In this document: positions 51,578 to 61,708 of the stretch, in pieces
Position numbering within the stretch: the first letter of the stretch is position 1
Layout of the letters: every line of letters starts with the position of its first letter
NCBI GenBank assembly: GCA_947632215.1
Contig: CANROJ010000001.1
Location: forward strand, 4,406 to 68,405
DNA length: 64,000 nt
From: an uncultured Flavobacterium sp.
Lineage (GTDB): Bacteria > Bacteroidota > Bacteroidia > Flavobacteriales > Flavobacteriaceae
Direction: 5' to 3'
Translations under genes and position numbers: made by a program
The notes under the pieces: model-generated
Database searches by the model: none
Told to the model about the DNA's origin: nothing
The model's input: the letters and a program-made list of their open reading frames with translations, nothing else

Positions 51578-51874
51578 TTAATCTAAAGTTACTTTTTTGT
51601 CTACACTCCAAGCCTGGGCTTTTTCTTTAAACATTTGCTTAACAAAAGGCCATACTTGCTTAAATGTCTGGGAATATCGGTAATCCTCTAAGGCCTTTTC
51701 ATCCTGCCAATAACTGTAGGTAAAAAATATACTAGGATCTTTTTTATCTTGGTATAATTCTAAAAAACTACAACCAGGCTGATTTCTTACCACTTGTTTT
51801 ATTTGATCGAAATAAGCAATGAATTGATCAACCTTTTCTACTTGTATACTTAATTTTACGATTCTAACAAACAT
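51578..51874 (-). CDS. Antibiotic-biosynthesis-monooxygenase (ABM) domain protein
   Basis: MFVRIVK, PGC..LELYQD, FFTYSYW, L..YR.S. Confidence 0.82.
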   Translation of the reverse strand: MFVRIVKLSIQVEKVDQFIAYFDQIKQVVRNQPGCSFLELYQDKKDPSIFFTYSYWQDEKALEDYRYSQTFKQVWPFVKQMFKEKAQAWSVDKKVTLD

Positions 51875-51876
51875 CT

Positions 51877-52728
51877 TTATTTTATTTTTTGAGTCGCATC
51901 TTCTGCTTTAGTAAATGCGATACAGATATTATCGTGAATTTGAATATTCATTAAGGTTCTTGGAGAGCCTCCAGGGGTATTTGGTCGAGAATAAAAGATA
52001 CCTATGGTCAATAAATCCAGATCATTAAATACGGCGATGAATTCGCCTGCTCTTTCTTTTAAAGCATGGGTATCACTTGTATTAAAATCAGAGAAGTAAC
52101 GATTAATACGTCTAATGCGATAATCCTTTACAATGATCTCAAAATCTCTACCCTTAGAGATTCTATCAAAATCCGCTTTAGAAATATTACTTACTAAGTT
52201 TCCAAAAGAATCTTCATATACCATTTTACCAGTAATGATATCCTTTGAAAGCTCCAAGGAGTCACCTAAGCGATTTAACATAGTTAATTCCTTAGTAAGC
52301 TCTCCTATTTGGTCTAATTCTTTATTTTCAAATAATTGATATGCACAGTATACAAACAAATCATTACTGCCCATATGGGCATTAAAGGGAATAAAAGCCG
52401 CTGTGTATGTGGCTTGTTTTTTTAAGAGTTGCGTAAGTATACCATTGTCAGCCGTAATAAAATAGTGTCCCTGATACAAAAGACACACCGCTTTGGTATA
52501 TTGATTAATAACAGCATCCACAGCAATGATATGTACGGTTCCCTTTGGAAAATTACCAAAGGCTGCCGCAATTACAAAACCTGCCTCTTCTAGGTTATAA
52601 TGGGATATCTGATGAGATATATCCACTATAGTACAACTTGGTATATTGGAGTATATTTTTCCTTTTAAAGCCCCTACATAGTAGTCCTTGTATCCAAAAT
52701 CTGTAGTAAGAGTAATTATCCTTTGCAT
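51877..52728 (-). CDS. SAM hydroxide adenosyltransferase / halogenase (DUF62) family homologue
   Basis: ITLTTDFG.KD.YV, DISH, FPKGTVH, ADNG, D.FGNL; lacks PGVG..R and TFHGRD. Confidence 0.85.
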   Translation of the reverse strand: MQRIITLTTDFGYKDYYVGALKGKIYSNIPSCTIVDISHQISHYNLEEAGFVIAAAFGNFPKGTVHIIAVDAVINQYTKAVCLLYQGHYFITADNGILTQLLKKQATYTAAFIPFNAHMGSNDLFVYCAYQLFENKELDQIGELTKELTMLNRLGDSLELSKDIITGKMVYEDSFGNLVSNISKADFDRISKGRDFEIIVKDYRIRRINRYFSDFNTSDTHALKERAGEFIAVFNDLDLLTIGIFYSRPNTPGGSPRTLMNIQIHDNICIAFTKAEDATQKIK

Positions 52729-52824
52729 TTTAATTTTTCAATATATTTTTTAGAAGAATGGATTATTTATAGTAGATTTGATTTACAAAATTAGATTATT
52801 TTTTTTAATTAACTCTCATTAGTA

Positions 52825-53811
52825 TTGAACGAAAGAACAATTGAACTAGCTAATTTCAGCCCAAAGGACTTTTGGGGCCCTCAAGACATTCATTTAAACC
52901 TACTTAAGAAACTATATCCTAAATTAAAAATAGTTTCTAGAGACAATTTTATAAAAGTTTTTGGCGATCCTGAAATTTTGGACCAATTTGAAATTCGCTT
53001 TGAGCGATTAGTAAAATATTTTGTCCGTTATAACATAATTGACCAGAACGCCATCGAGCGTATCGTTTTGGATGACAATCCTGAATTTATGCATCCAAAA
53101 GACGATATACTAGTACATGGAGTCTCAGGTAAACTTATCAAGGCTTTAACTCCAAACCAGCACAAGTTAGTGAAAATTGTGGAAAAAAACGATATGGTTT
53201 TTGCCATCGGGCCCGCTGGAACTGGAAAAACCTACACAGGAGTAGCCCTTGCGGTGAGAGCTTTGAAAAACAAGGAGGTTAAAAAAATCATTTTAACTCG
53301 TCCAGCAGTGGAAGCCGGAGAGAATTTAGGTTTTTTACCCGGGGATATGAAAGAAAAACTAGATCCTTATATGCAACCTTTATACGACGCATTAAGAGAT
53401 ATGATCCCTCCCCAAACCTTAGAAGATTACCTTTTAAAGGGAATCATACAAATCGCTCCACTAGCCTTTATGAGAGGAAGAACCTTAGATAATGCTTTTG
53501 TAATCTTAGATGAGGCCCAAAACACCACTCATTCCCAAATGAAGATGTTTTTAACTCGTATGGGGAAAAATGCAAAATTTATAATCACAGGTGACCCCCA
53601 ACAAATTGACTTACCTAAAAAGGTATCCTCTGGATTAAAAGAGGCTTTATTTATTTTAAAGGATGTAGAGGGAATTGGCATGCTGTTTTTAGATGATAAA
53701 GATATTGTAAGACATAAATTAGTCAAACGCATAGTAGCAGCTTATAAAAAGCTAGATAATCGTCCAGATACAATGACCATTGACCAAATAAAAGAAGTGG
53801 AGACCAAATAA
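52825..53811 (+). CDS. phoH: PhoH-family ATPase
   Basis: GPAGTGKT, LTRPAVEAGE.LGFLPGD, APLAFMRGRTL, LDEAQN, TGDP.QIDLP, VRH.LV. Confidence 0.93.
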   Translation: MNERTIELANFSPKDFWGPQDIHLNLLKKLYPKLKIVSRDNFIKVFGDPEILDQFEIRFERLVKYFVRYNIIDQNAIERIVLDDNPEFMHPKDDILVHGVSGKLIKALTPNQHKLVKIVEKNDMVFAIGPAGTGKTYTGVALAVRALKNKEVKKIILTRPAVEAGENLGFLPGDMKEKLDPYMQPLYDALRDMIPPQTLEDYLLKGIIQIAPLAFMRGRTLDNAFVILDEAQNTTHSQMKMFLTRMGKNAKFIITGDPQQIDLPKKVSSGLKEALFILKDVEGIGMLFLDDKDIVRHKLVKRIVAAYKKLDNRPDTMTIDQIKEVETK

Positions 53812-53855
53812 TGGACTCCACTTCAAAACAAATATAAAAACTTTTAAACTAAATA

Positions 53856-54632
53856 TTATACGTTGTAAATATCTCTTATAAAGGTAAGCTTAAGTACATC
53901 TTGCTCGTACAAATAAAGGATGTCTTCTTGTATAACATAGCGATCACAAGTATCCAAGACAGCTAATAACTCTTTCTCTTTTCTATAAGTATCCGTTACA
54001 TATTCTGGAGATAATATAATTTTAAATGCCACAGAATCTCCTTGGCATCGAATATCTCCATAGATCATATGATTACCTCCACTACCAGAGAAACTACGAG
54101 TATTTATATCAATGCAAATCAAAGGGATTTGATCAATACCTAACTCCTCAATACGCTTATCTTCATAGGCTTGAAAAACCCAGTTACCAGACAAAGTCTC
54201 ATCATATAGGTAATGTCCGTAACAAGCAAAATCACTTGTATTTTGTATATTACCCTTAGAGATACTCACCGCTACTGAATGGTCAAAACGACCATCTAAA
54301 TAACTTTGAGCCGTCTCGTCTTCGTATATTACTATGTCAATAGAATCCGTCTTATTCGATGTACTATATACTCTACTCTCACCATCAATCAAGGGCTCTA
54401 CATAAGGAAAAACTATTTTTTGATTAGGTTTAGAACTAGAGTAAACTATTCCCTTTTTTCCAATAGAAATACTTTGCAGAGTTTCTTGATCCATTGCTTT
54501 GAAAAAAGTTCCTGCTAAGTCATTCTTATTTAATAAATCGATATGCTTGGTGGTGGTGTCCTTGCTCTTATTTTTATTTTCTTGTTCAGTCCCACAAGAC
54601 GGGAACAAAGAAACAGTTAATGCCAATATCAT
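53856..54632 (-). CDS. Lipoprotein with C-terminal META/HslJ domain
   Basis: Lipobox FPSC; C-terminal LSGNW, FSGSGG.N...G, E..LL..L...RY.I....L.L. Confidence 0.7.
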   Translation of the reverse strand: MILALTVSLFPSCGTEQENKNKSKDTTTKHIDLLNKNDLAGTFFKAMDQETLQSISIGKKGIVYSSSKPNQKIVFPYVEPLIDGESRVYSTSNKTDSIDIVIYEDETAQSYLDGRFDHSVAVSISKGNIQNTSDFACYGHYLYDETLSGNWVFQAYEDKRIEELGIDQIPLICIDINTRSFSGSGGNHMIYGDIRCQGDSVAFKIILSPEYVTDTYRKEKELLAVLDTCDRYVIQEDILYLYEQDVLKLTFIRDIYNV

Positions 54633-55182
54633 ATATTTAATTGTTTTATTTACTTTCCCTTAAAAAACTCATTGAAGCATTTTTTTGGGAAAACCACATT
54701 TAAATTTCTTAACTACTGTGTTATTTTACTCTTTGCAAAGATAATCTTAATCACCTTATTTCAATACACATTATATAAAAATTAAGATTATAAACGTTAT
54801 AGTTTTACTAAAATCGCAAAAAATCACGCAAGCAACATTTAAGATACATAAGTCTAAAAAATCTGTTTTACGTCCCTATATTAGAATCTCAATTAACATA
54901 AACACTCTAAATCAGAAGTAAAACTCAAAAAAAAAGAAAATAAGTTTACACTAATTATTTAACAATAATAAAATAAAAAAAATAAACTATATATAACTTA
55001 AATAAACTTACTCTAATAAAGTAAAGTTAAACTAAAAATATATCGATATATCTTCAAAATCCAAAATTTAACAATTACACGGTTCTTGATCCCTTTACTT
55101 TAACAGGATTCAGGTACTACGGACCATATTGTGTAACTATACAAAAAGCATGCAAAACTACAGGTCAATAAAATATAATCCA

Positions 55183-56676
55183 TTAGTAGAGTTTTTTACT
55201 AGCCCAGTTAAGCACATCTATATATAGAATACTTCTTCGGTAATACCTATTGTTAAACAATGCTTTTGCAGTAATAACATAATTCTCTAAGACCTGTTTT
55301 TGTTTATCGGGATAAGAAGTAATCAAACCGGCAAATAAATCCATTAATACATCGTGTATAGGAGTTCTATTTTTCATTTTAGCCACCAAGAGTCTATTTT
55401 GAGTCAAGTACAGTTCATAATTGTGATCCAAACCTGATTCAAATTGAGCCATCAAGGATAATATTCTACTATGAAACAGCAGATCCTCTTGTACAGCATA
55501 GGTAGTATTATTTAAAATCTTATTGGTAAAGTTCAAAGATTCTTCGTAATTCTGATAACCAAAATGCACTGCGGCTACTTTAAAGTACAGCACCAAAAAG
55601 TGATGCTCATCAATCACATTACTATACTCCTTTACTCCTCTTTGTAGATGTTTAAGAAACAGCAAGTTTCCCTTGTAGGAATCTGCTATAATTTCCCTGT
55701 TTAACTTATTATTAAATTGTAGTAAAAATACAATAGAATCAATATTGACACTTTGTGGAAAATCACCACTATTTAATACCCCTTGAAGTTTTTTATCCCA
55801 AGAGTCAAAGCGATTAGGACTCTTAAAGAGAAGAATTAGTTTAAATAAATAGGAATTGCCCTTTAAAAACCAAATAGGGTTATTTACAATCATATCCGGA
55901 TGATCATAAAACAACTCTACCCATAGACGCACAAACTTATAAGCGCTATAATAATCCTGTAGCAAAAAACAGCGCCATACATGAGTTTTATAATACCATA
56001 ACCTTTCTCGAAAATTTAATTGCTCAGGGTCAACTTGAATCATTTGGCTCTGGAATAAATCGACTATCTTTTGTTTTTCCTGCTCATTTTTGGCATATCC
56101 TGAGGTCAGTAATTCACTATAGAGCTTTAGGGATAAATTAGATAGTTTAGTGGAATAGAAATTCTGTAAACTCAACTCTTGACTCTGCTGTATTAGCTCG
56201 TCTGCTCTACCGGAAATACTTCTTGTAATATACTGAGATTCAATAACTTTCTCAAGTTCTATAATTTCTAACGCTACTGCTTTCTCTTGTTTTTCAATAG
56301 CTAAAGCCTTGGCTTTATCCAGAATCTTTAAACCCTGTTTATGCAAGCCTTTTTGATATAATATAGTAGCAAAATCCAATTGCTCTCTAATTTGAATGCG
56401 AATATTCTTTTTACTTGGATTCATACGCAAACTAACTAGAATATTGCGGTACAAATTTGCTTTTAAATTAGATAGTTGTGCCTTTGAAGTAATATTCTTT
56501 TGCAAAATCACCTTTTCACAATAAGTATCCATCTTATCTAAAAGGTTAAAAAGAGACAAGAATTTAGACTCGCTATTGTTTTGAATACGGTTTACATACA
56601 CGGTAAATTGCCTTTTCTCGGATCTAGACAAGGACTTAATTAACACAAACAAAGAATCTTTACTATAATTTGACAT
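55183..56676 (-). CDS. Conserved Bacteroidetes cytoplasmic all-helical (TPR-like) protein, function unknown
   Basis: LFVLIKSLSRSEKRQF N-terminus, repeated amphipathic helices, no signal peptide; start moved to ATG 56676. Confidence 0.7.
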   Translation of the reverse strand: MSNYSKDSLFVLIKSLSRSEKRQFTVYVNRIQNNSESKFLSLFNLLDKMDTYCEKVILQKNITSKAQLSNLKANLYRNILVSLRMNPSKKNIRIQIREQLDFATILYQKGLHKQGLKILDKAKALAIEKQEKAVALEIIELEKVIESQYITRSISGRADELIQQSQELSLQNFYSTKLSNLSLKLYSELLTSGYAKNEQEKQKIVDLFQSQMIQVDPEQLNFRERLWYYKTHVWRCFLLQDYYSAYKFVRLWVELFYDHPDMIVNNPIWFLKGNSYLFKLILLFKSPNRFDSWDKKLQGVLNSGDFPQSVNIDSIVFLLQFNNKLNREIIADSYKGNLLFLKHLQRGVKEYSNVIDEHHFLVLYFKVAAVHFGYQNYEESLNFTNKILNNTTYAVQEDLLFHSRILSLMAQFESGLDHNYELYLTQNRLLVAKMKNRTPIHDVLMDLFAGLITSYPDKQKQVLENYVITAKALFNNRYYRRSILYIDVLNWASKKLY

Positions 56677-56716
56677 TGTAATATTTTTTAACATAACTAA
56701 CTGTATATAAGTAAAA

Positions 56717-56767
56717 TACAATGCTTTAGTAATTCTATTGGCATTGTAATAACTTATTAAAAGCATT
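56717..56767. promoter_or_regulatory. Candidate operator between the helical-protein gene and leuA
   Basis: tacaatgc-N16-gcattgta inverted repeat (56717-56748) plus a third aagcatt half-site near 56761. Confidence 0.35.
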
Positions 56768-56822
56768 CTCCAGATTCAAACAATTCTTCACTTTTGTTGT
56801 AAAGCAATTTAAATCCAAGATT

Positions 56823-58001
56823 ATGCAGACCAAAAAGATTGAAATTTTTGATACGACCTTACGCGATGGAGAACAAGTACCAGGTTGCAAGTTAGATAGA
56901 CAACAAAAATTAAAAATCGCACAAAAACTCGATGAACTCGGAGTGGATGTGATTGAGGCTGGTTTTCCTGTTTCTAGTCCTGGTGATTTCGATTCTGTAG
57001 TAGCCATATCAAAAATAGTAAAAAATGCTAGTATTTGCGCTTTAACTCGTGCAAATAAAAAAGATATCGAAGTTGCAGCTAGATCTTTACAATTTGCTAA
57101 AAAACCTAGAATACACACCGGTATTGGTACTTCTGAATCACATATTAAGTATAAATTCAATTCTACGCCTGAGCAAATTATTGAAAAAGCAGTTCAAGCG
57201 GTTACTTATGCAAAAAACTTTGCAGATGATGTGGAATTTTATGCCGAAGATGCCGGTAGAACCGATAATGCATTTTTGGCCACCATATGCCAAGAGGTTA
57301 TTAAAGCGGGAGCTACCGTTTTAAATATTCCAGATACCACCGGATATTGCTTACCTGAACAATATGGTAAGAAAATAAAATACTTGACACAAAATGTAAA
57401 AGGAATAGAAAATGTGATTCTTTCCTGTCACTGTCATAACGATTTAGGTATGGCTACGGCCAATACAATTCAAGGAGTAATTAATGGAGCCAGACAAGTT
57501 GAATGTACAATAAATGGCATTGGAGAAAGAGCAGGTAATACAGCCTTAGAGGAAATCGTAATGATCTTTAAACAACACCACGAGCTTGGATTTCATACCC
57601 ATATCAATACTAAGATGCTAAATGAATTAAGTAAGCTTACCTCCCATGTTATGGGAATGGTAGTTCAGCCCAATAAGGCTATTGTAGGTAGTAATGCCTT
57701 TGCACATAGCTCGGGAATTCATCAAGATGGAGTAATTAAAAGAAGGGATACCTATGAAATTATTGATCCAAAAGAGGTAGGTATAGACCAATCCTCGATT
57801 ATTCTAACGGCCAGAAGCGGAAGAAGCGCTCTAGCATACCGATTCAAAAATATTGGATATGATGTAACTAAAAATGAGCTTGACGTACTTTATGATCACT
57901 TTCTGCAAATAGCAGATACTAAAAAAGAAGTCAATGAACAGGATCTAAAATACATTTTACATCAATTTAATTATCAAGGAATTAATTACAGCTCCCTTTA
58001 G
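56823..58001 (+). CDS. leuA: 2-isopropylmalate synthase, short form without the C-terminal regulatory domain
   Basis: [43 protein letters not shown]; ends at 392 aa. Confidence 0.93.
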   Translation: MQTKKIEIFDTTLRDGEQVPGCKLDRQQKLKIAQKLDELGVDVIEAGFPVSSPGDFDSVVAISKIVKNASICALTRANKKDIEVAARSLQFAKKPRIHTGIGTSESHIKYKFNSTPEQIIEKAVQAVTYAKNFADDVEFYAEDAGRTDNAFLATICQEVIKAGATVLNIPDTTGYCLPEQYGKKIKYLTQNVKGIENVILSCHCHNDLGMATANTIQGVINGARQVECTINGIGERAGNTALEEIVMIFKQHHELGFHTHINTKMLNELSKLTSHVMGMVVQPNKAIVGSNAFAHSSGIHQDGVIKRRDTYEIIDPKEVGIDQSSIILTARSGRSALAYRFKNIGYDVTKNELDVLYDHFLQIADTKKEVNEQDLKYILHQFNYQGINYSSL

Positions 58002-58006
58002 GAATT

Positions 58007-59410
58007 ATGAACAAACAACCAAGAACATTATTTGATAAAGTGTGGGACTCCCATGTAGTTGACACCATTGAAAATGGTCCACAAATTCTATATATTGACA
58101 AACATCTAATCCATGAGGTAACCTCTCCTCAAGCCTTTGATGAGTTAAGAAGCAGAGAGATTCCCATTTTTAGACCAAAGCAAATCCTAGCTACAGTGGA
58201 TCACAATGTACCCACTACTAATCAAGATAAACCCATAGTGGATCCCAATAGTAAATTACAAGTAGATCAACTTTTGTTAAACTGTCAAAAAAACAATATT
58301 ACCCTATACCAACTAGGACATCCCTACCAGGGAATAGTACATATTATTGCCCCTGAATTAGGCCTGACCCTACCGGGAACAACAATGGTATGTGGAGATA
58401 GCCATACCTCCACTCATGGAGCCTTTGGTAGTATTGCCTTTGGAATCGGAACCAGTCAAGTGGCTCAAGTATTTGCTAGTCAATGTGTTTTGATGAACAA
58501 ACCTAAATCCATGCGTATTACTGTAAATGGCAAATTAAATCCCAATGTACAAGCCAAAGATGTTATCCTTTACATTATATCTGAACTTGGTACAGATGTG
58601 GGAACGGGATATTTTTGTGAATATGCCGGTGAGGTATTCCAAAACATGTCCATGGAAGCAAGAATGACTGTTTGTAATATGAGTATTGAAATGGGAGCCA
58701 GAGGAGGAATGATTGCTCCAGACCAGGTCACTTATGACTATTTAAAAGATAAAACATTTTCGCCTAAAGCACAGCAATGGGATAACAAATTGGCATACTG
58801 GAAAACATTACCCACGGATAAAGATGCCATCTTTGACAAAGAATATTTCTTTGATGCAACAAAAATTCACCCCATGATAACCTATGGAACTAATCCAAGT
58901 ATGGCAATTAATATACATCAAAAAGTGCCAATGCCATTAGACACTACTCAAGCAAAAGCTTTAGACTATATGGGACTTAAGGGAGGAGAATCTTTAGATA
59001 GTATTGGAGTTAACTATGTTTTTATTGGGAGTTGCACCAATGCTAGAATAGAAGATTTTAGAACAGTAGCCTCCTATATAAAAGGAAAGCAAATAGCCTC
59101 TAATATCAAGGCTTTAATTGTACCTGGGTCTCAACAAGTTGTTAAACAAATTCAACAAGAGGGACTAGAGGAAATTTTTCATCAAGCAGGTTTTAAAATA
59201 AGACAACCTGGTTGTTCGGCATGTCTGGCCATGAATGATGATAAAATTCCCTCTGGGGAGTATTGTGTTAGTACATCGAACCGAAATTTTGAAGGACGAC
59301 AAGGCCAAGGAGCCAGAACACTTTTAGCTAGTCCCTTAACAGCAGCTATTGTAGCGGTAGAGGGTAAAATTTCTTATCATAATTTACAACAACATGCAAG
59401 CACTAACTAA
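58007..59410 (+). CDS. leuC: 3-isopropylmalate dehydratase large subunit
   Basis: [50 protein letters not shown]. Confidence 0.97.
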   Translation: MNKQPRTLFDKVWDSHVVDTIENGPQILYIDKHLIHEVTSPQAFDELRSREIPIFRPKQILATVDHNVPTTNQDKPIVDPNSKLQVDQLLLNCQKNNITLYQLGHPYQGIVHIIAPELGLTLPGTTMVCGDSHTSTHGAFGSIAFGIGTSQVAQVFASQCVLMNKPKSMRITVNGKLNPNVQAKDVILYIISELGTDVGTGYFCEYAGEVFQNMSMEARMTVCNMSIEMGARGGMIAPDQVTYDYLKDKTFSPKAQQWDNKLAYWKTLPTDKDAIFDKEYFFDATKIHPMITYGTNPSMAINIHQKVPMPLDTTQAKALDYMGLKGGESLDSIGVNYVFIGSCTNARIEDFRTVASYIKGKQIASNIKALIVPGSQQVVKQIQQEGLEEIFHQAGFKIRQPGCSACLAMNDDKIPSGEYCVSTSNRNFEGRQGQGARTLLASPLTAAIVAVEGKISYHNLQQHASTN

Positions 59411-59981
59411 TATAAAATCTAGGGCTGTACCCTTAAATTTACAAAACATAGATACCGATCAAATTATACCAGCCAGATTTCTAAAGGCAATTAGCCGTGA
59501 GGGCTTTGGACAAAATCTTTTCAGAGATTGGAGATTTGATGGCCAAAACCAACTTAAAAAAGACTTTGTGCTTAATGATTCTAACTATAGCGGACAGATC
59601 CTAATTGCAGGTAATAATTTCGGTTGTGGAAGTAGTAGAGAACACGCGGCATGGGCCCTTAGTGATTATGGATTTAAAGTAGTAATTAGCAGTTATTTTG
59701 CAGATATTTTCAAAACAAACGCACTCAACAATGGACTTGTACCAATTATGGTTACACCAGAGGTCTTAAACTATATTTTTAATTATATAGACCTAAATCC
59801 ACAAGCTGAATTAACTATCGACATCAAAGACCAGAGCTTAGAGCTGGGTCAAAAAAAAGTGTTTTTCGAACTTGACCCTTATAAAAAGATATGCCTTTTA
59901 AATGGTTATGATGACATTGATTACTTGGTGAGCAAAAAACATTTAATACAAGACTTTGAAGCCAAAAGAAAAGACCAATAA
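59394..59981 (+). CDS. leuD: 3-isopropylmalate dehydratase small subunit
   Basis: [30 protein letters not shown]. Confidence 0.97.
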   Translation: MQALTNIKSRAVPLNLQNIDTDQIIPARFLKAISREGFGQNLFRDWRFDGQNQLKKDFVLNDSNYSGQILIAGNNFGCGSSREHAAWALSDYGFKVVISSYFADIFKTNALNNGLVPIMVTPEVLNYIFNYIDLNPQAELTIDIKDQSLELGQKKVFFELDPYKKICLLNGYDDIDYLVSKKHLIQDFEAKRKDQ

Positions 59982-59999
59982 CACCATAAAACAAAAACT

Positions 60000-61118
60000 A
60001 TGAAAAAATATAATATAGCAGTGCTTCCCGGAGATGGAATAGGTCCCGAGGTTATTCAAGAAACTACTAAGGTGTTAGATATCATAGCTACTCATTACAA
60101 TTTTGAACTACATTACCAATATGCCGCTATTGGCGCTATTGCTATTGAACAAACAAATGAGGCCTTACCTGAGAAAACTCTACTGGCTTGTAAAAATGCT
60201 GATGCTATTTTATTTGGCGCTATTGGAGATCCAAAATATGATAATAATCCAAAAGCTACCATTCGTCCAGAACAAGGTTTACTAGCCCTAAGAAAAGCTC
60301 TTAATATATCTACTAATATTCGTCCAGTTAAAGCCTATAAGGCTCTGTTAAATAAGAGTCCTTTAAAAAAGGAAATTATAGATAAAACCGATATGGTAAT
60401 ATACAGAGAACTAGTCAGCGGTATCTATTTTGGAGATAAACTTACTAGTTCAGATGGATTAAGTGCTAGTGATGTGTGTAGTTATAGTTTTAGCGATATT
60501 GAACCCATCACTCATTTAGCTTTTCAAGCTGCAATGAAAAGAAATAAAAAACTAACCTTAGTTGACAAAGCTAATGTTCTAGAAACCTCTAGGTTATGGA
60601 GAAAAACTGTACAGCTAATTCACAAGCAATATCCAGAGGTTGCTTTAGATTTTGTTTATGTAGATAATGCTGCAATGCAATTAATCTTAAACCCTAAAGC
60701 TTTTGATGTGATATTAACCGAGAATATGTTTGGAGATATTCTTTCGGATCAAGCTAGTGTAATTGGCGGATCTATTGGTTTATTACCCTCTGCATCTATT
60801 GGAGATAAAAATGCTTTGTTTGAACCCGTTCATGGATCCTATCCTCAGGCCAAAGGTAAAGGGATCGCTAATCCCATTGCCTGTATTTTATCTGGAGCGA
60901 TGTTATTGGATTACTTAGGTCAAAATAAAGCAGCAAAAGATATTCAAGAAGCAGTAAATCAATGTATTAAAAATAAAATACTTACTCCTGACTTAGAGCC
61001 AAATAAAAACCATTCAACCATAGAAGTAGGACAATTCATTAGGAATTACATTCAATGTAAAAATAATAAAAATAAATATTTAGAAAATATTACCCTGGGC
61101 TCTTCAACCATTATATAA
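60000..61118 (+). CDS. leuB: 3-isopropylmalate dehydrogenase
   Basis: LPGDGIGPEV, RPEQGLL, NMFGDILSD, LFEPVHGSYP, ANP. Confidence 0.97.
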   Translation: MKKYNIAVLPGDGIGPEVIQETTKVLDIIATHYNFELHYQYAAIGAIAIEQTNEALPEKTLLACKNADAILFGAIGDPKYDNNPKATIRPEQGLLALRKALNISTNIRPVKAYKALLNKSPLKKEIIDKTDMVIYRELVSGIYFGDKLTSSDGLSASDVCSYSFSDIEPITHLAFQAAMKRNKKLTLVDKANVLETSRLWRKTVQLIHKQYPEVALDFVYVDNAAMQLILNPKAFDVILTENMFGDILSDQASVIGGSIGLLPSASIGDKNALFEPVHGSYPQAKGKGIANPIACILSGAMLLDYLGQNKAAKDIQEAVNQCIKNKILTPDLEPNKNHSTIEVGQFIRNYIQCKNNKNKYLENITLGSSTII

Positions 61119-61184
61119 CGCGTTAATAGCCCCTTTTTTGATCCCCATCAAAAGTATGTAATTTAGTTTTTTTGTAGTAGTGTA

Positions 61185-61219
61185 GAAAAGGCCTGTTTTG
61201 TTAATAAAACAGGCCTTTC
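61185..61219. terminator. Bidirectional terminator between leuB and the OsmC gene
   Basis: aaaggcctgtttt-gttaat-aaaacaggccttt. Confidence 0.8.
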
Positions 61220-61237
61220 TCATACTTTTATTTTTAT

Positions 61238-61696
61238 TTAAATACCTTCTATAGGATGAATATATATAGGGAAATTACAAGAGTTGGCAATAAAACACAA
61301 TTTATGTGCCTTTTGATGTAAATCCATTATCTGCCAAGTACTAAGGGGATTCTCAAAAACAACTTGTGGATATAGATCCACTTGCTCTATCTTACCACTA
61401 CCATCGGATTGCAATTTCAAAGTAGCCGTGCTATTATCCCAATATTGTAAAACTTTATAGTCCAATTTTTGGCAACAATATAAAAAGCTCATCATATGGC
61501 AAGAGGTTAAACTACTTAGTAGTAAATCTTCTGGATTATATAAAAAAGGGTCTCCCTTAAAAGCTTTTGCAGCAGATACCTCTAACACAGGTTTATCCAA
61601 AGGAATCACCTTGTGATTTTTAAAGCTTTTAGGAGCTGTATTTTCCAATGCACTCCAGTGTAAAGAAGCCTTAAAACAATGCCTATTATCCTTCAT
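61238..61696 (-). CDS. OsmC/Ohr-family protein
   Basis: SAAKAFKGD, NPEDLLLSSL.SCHM, AH..CFIANS two-Cys pattern. Confidence 0.88.
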   Translation of the reverse strand: MKDNRHCFKASLHWSALENTAPKSFKNHKVIPLDKPVLEVSAAKAFKGDPFLYNPEDLLLSSLTSCHMMSFLYCCQKLDYKVLQYWDNSTATLKLQSDGSGKIEQVDLYPQVVFENPLSTWQIMDLHQKAHKLCFIANSCNFPIYIHPIEGI

Positions 61697-61708
61697 AATA
61701 GACCTTGT

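Noticed and set aside
55038-55051. 14-bp palindrome atatatcgatatat
   Set aside because: Low-complexity AT sequence, expected by chance in this region
55088-55126. Minus-strand ccgtagtacctgaatc...aggga resembles the 3' half of a TPP riboswitch
   Set aside because: The essential UGAGA and P2/P3 half is absent and no thiamine gene follows; kept only as a generic structured-RNA candidate
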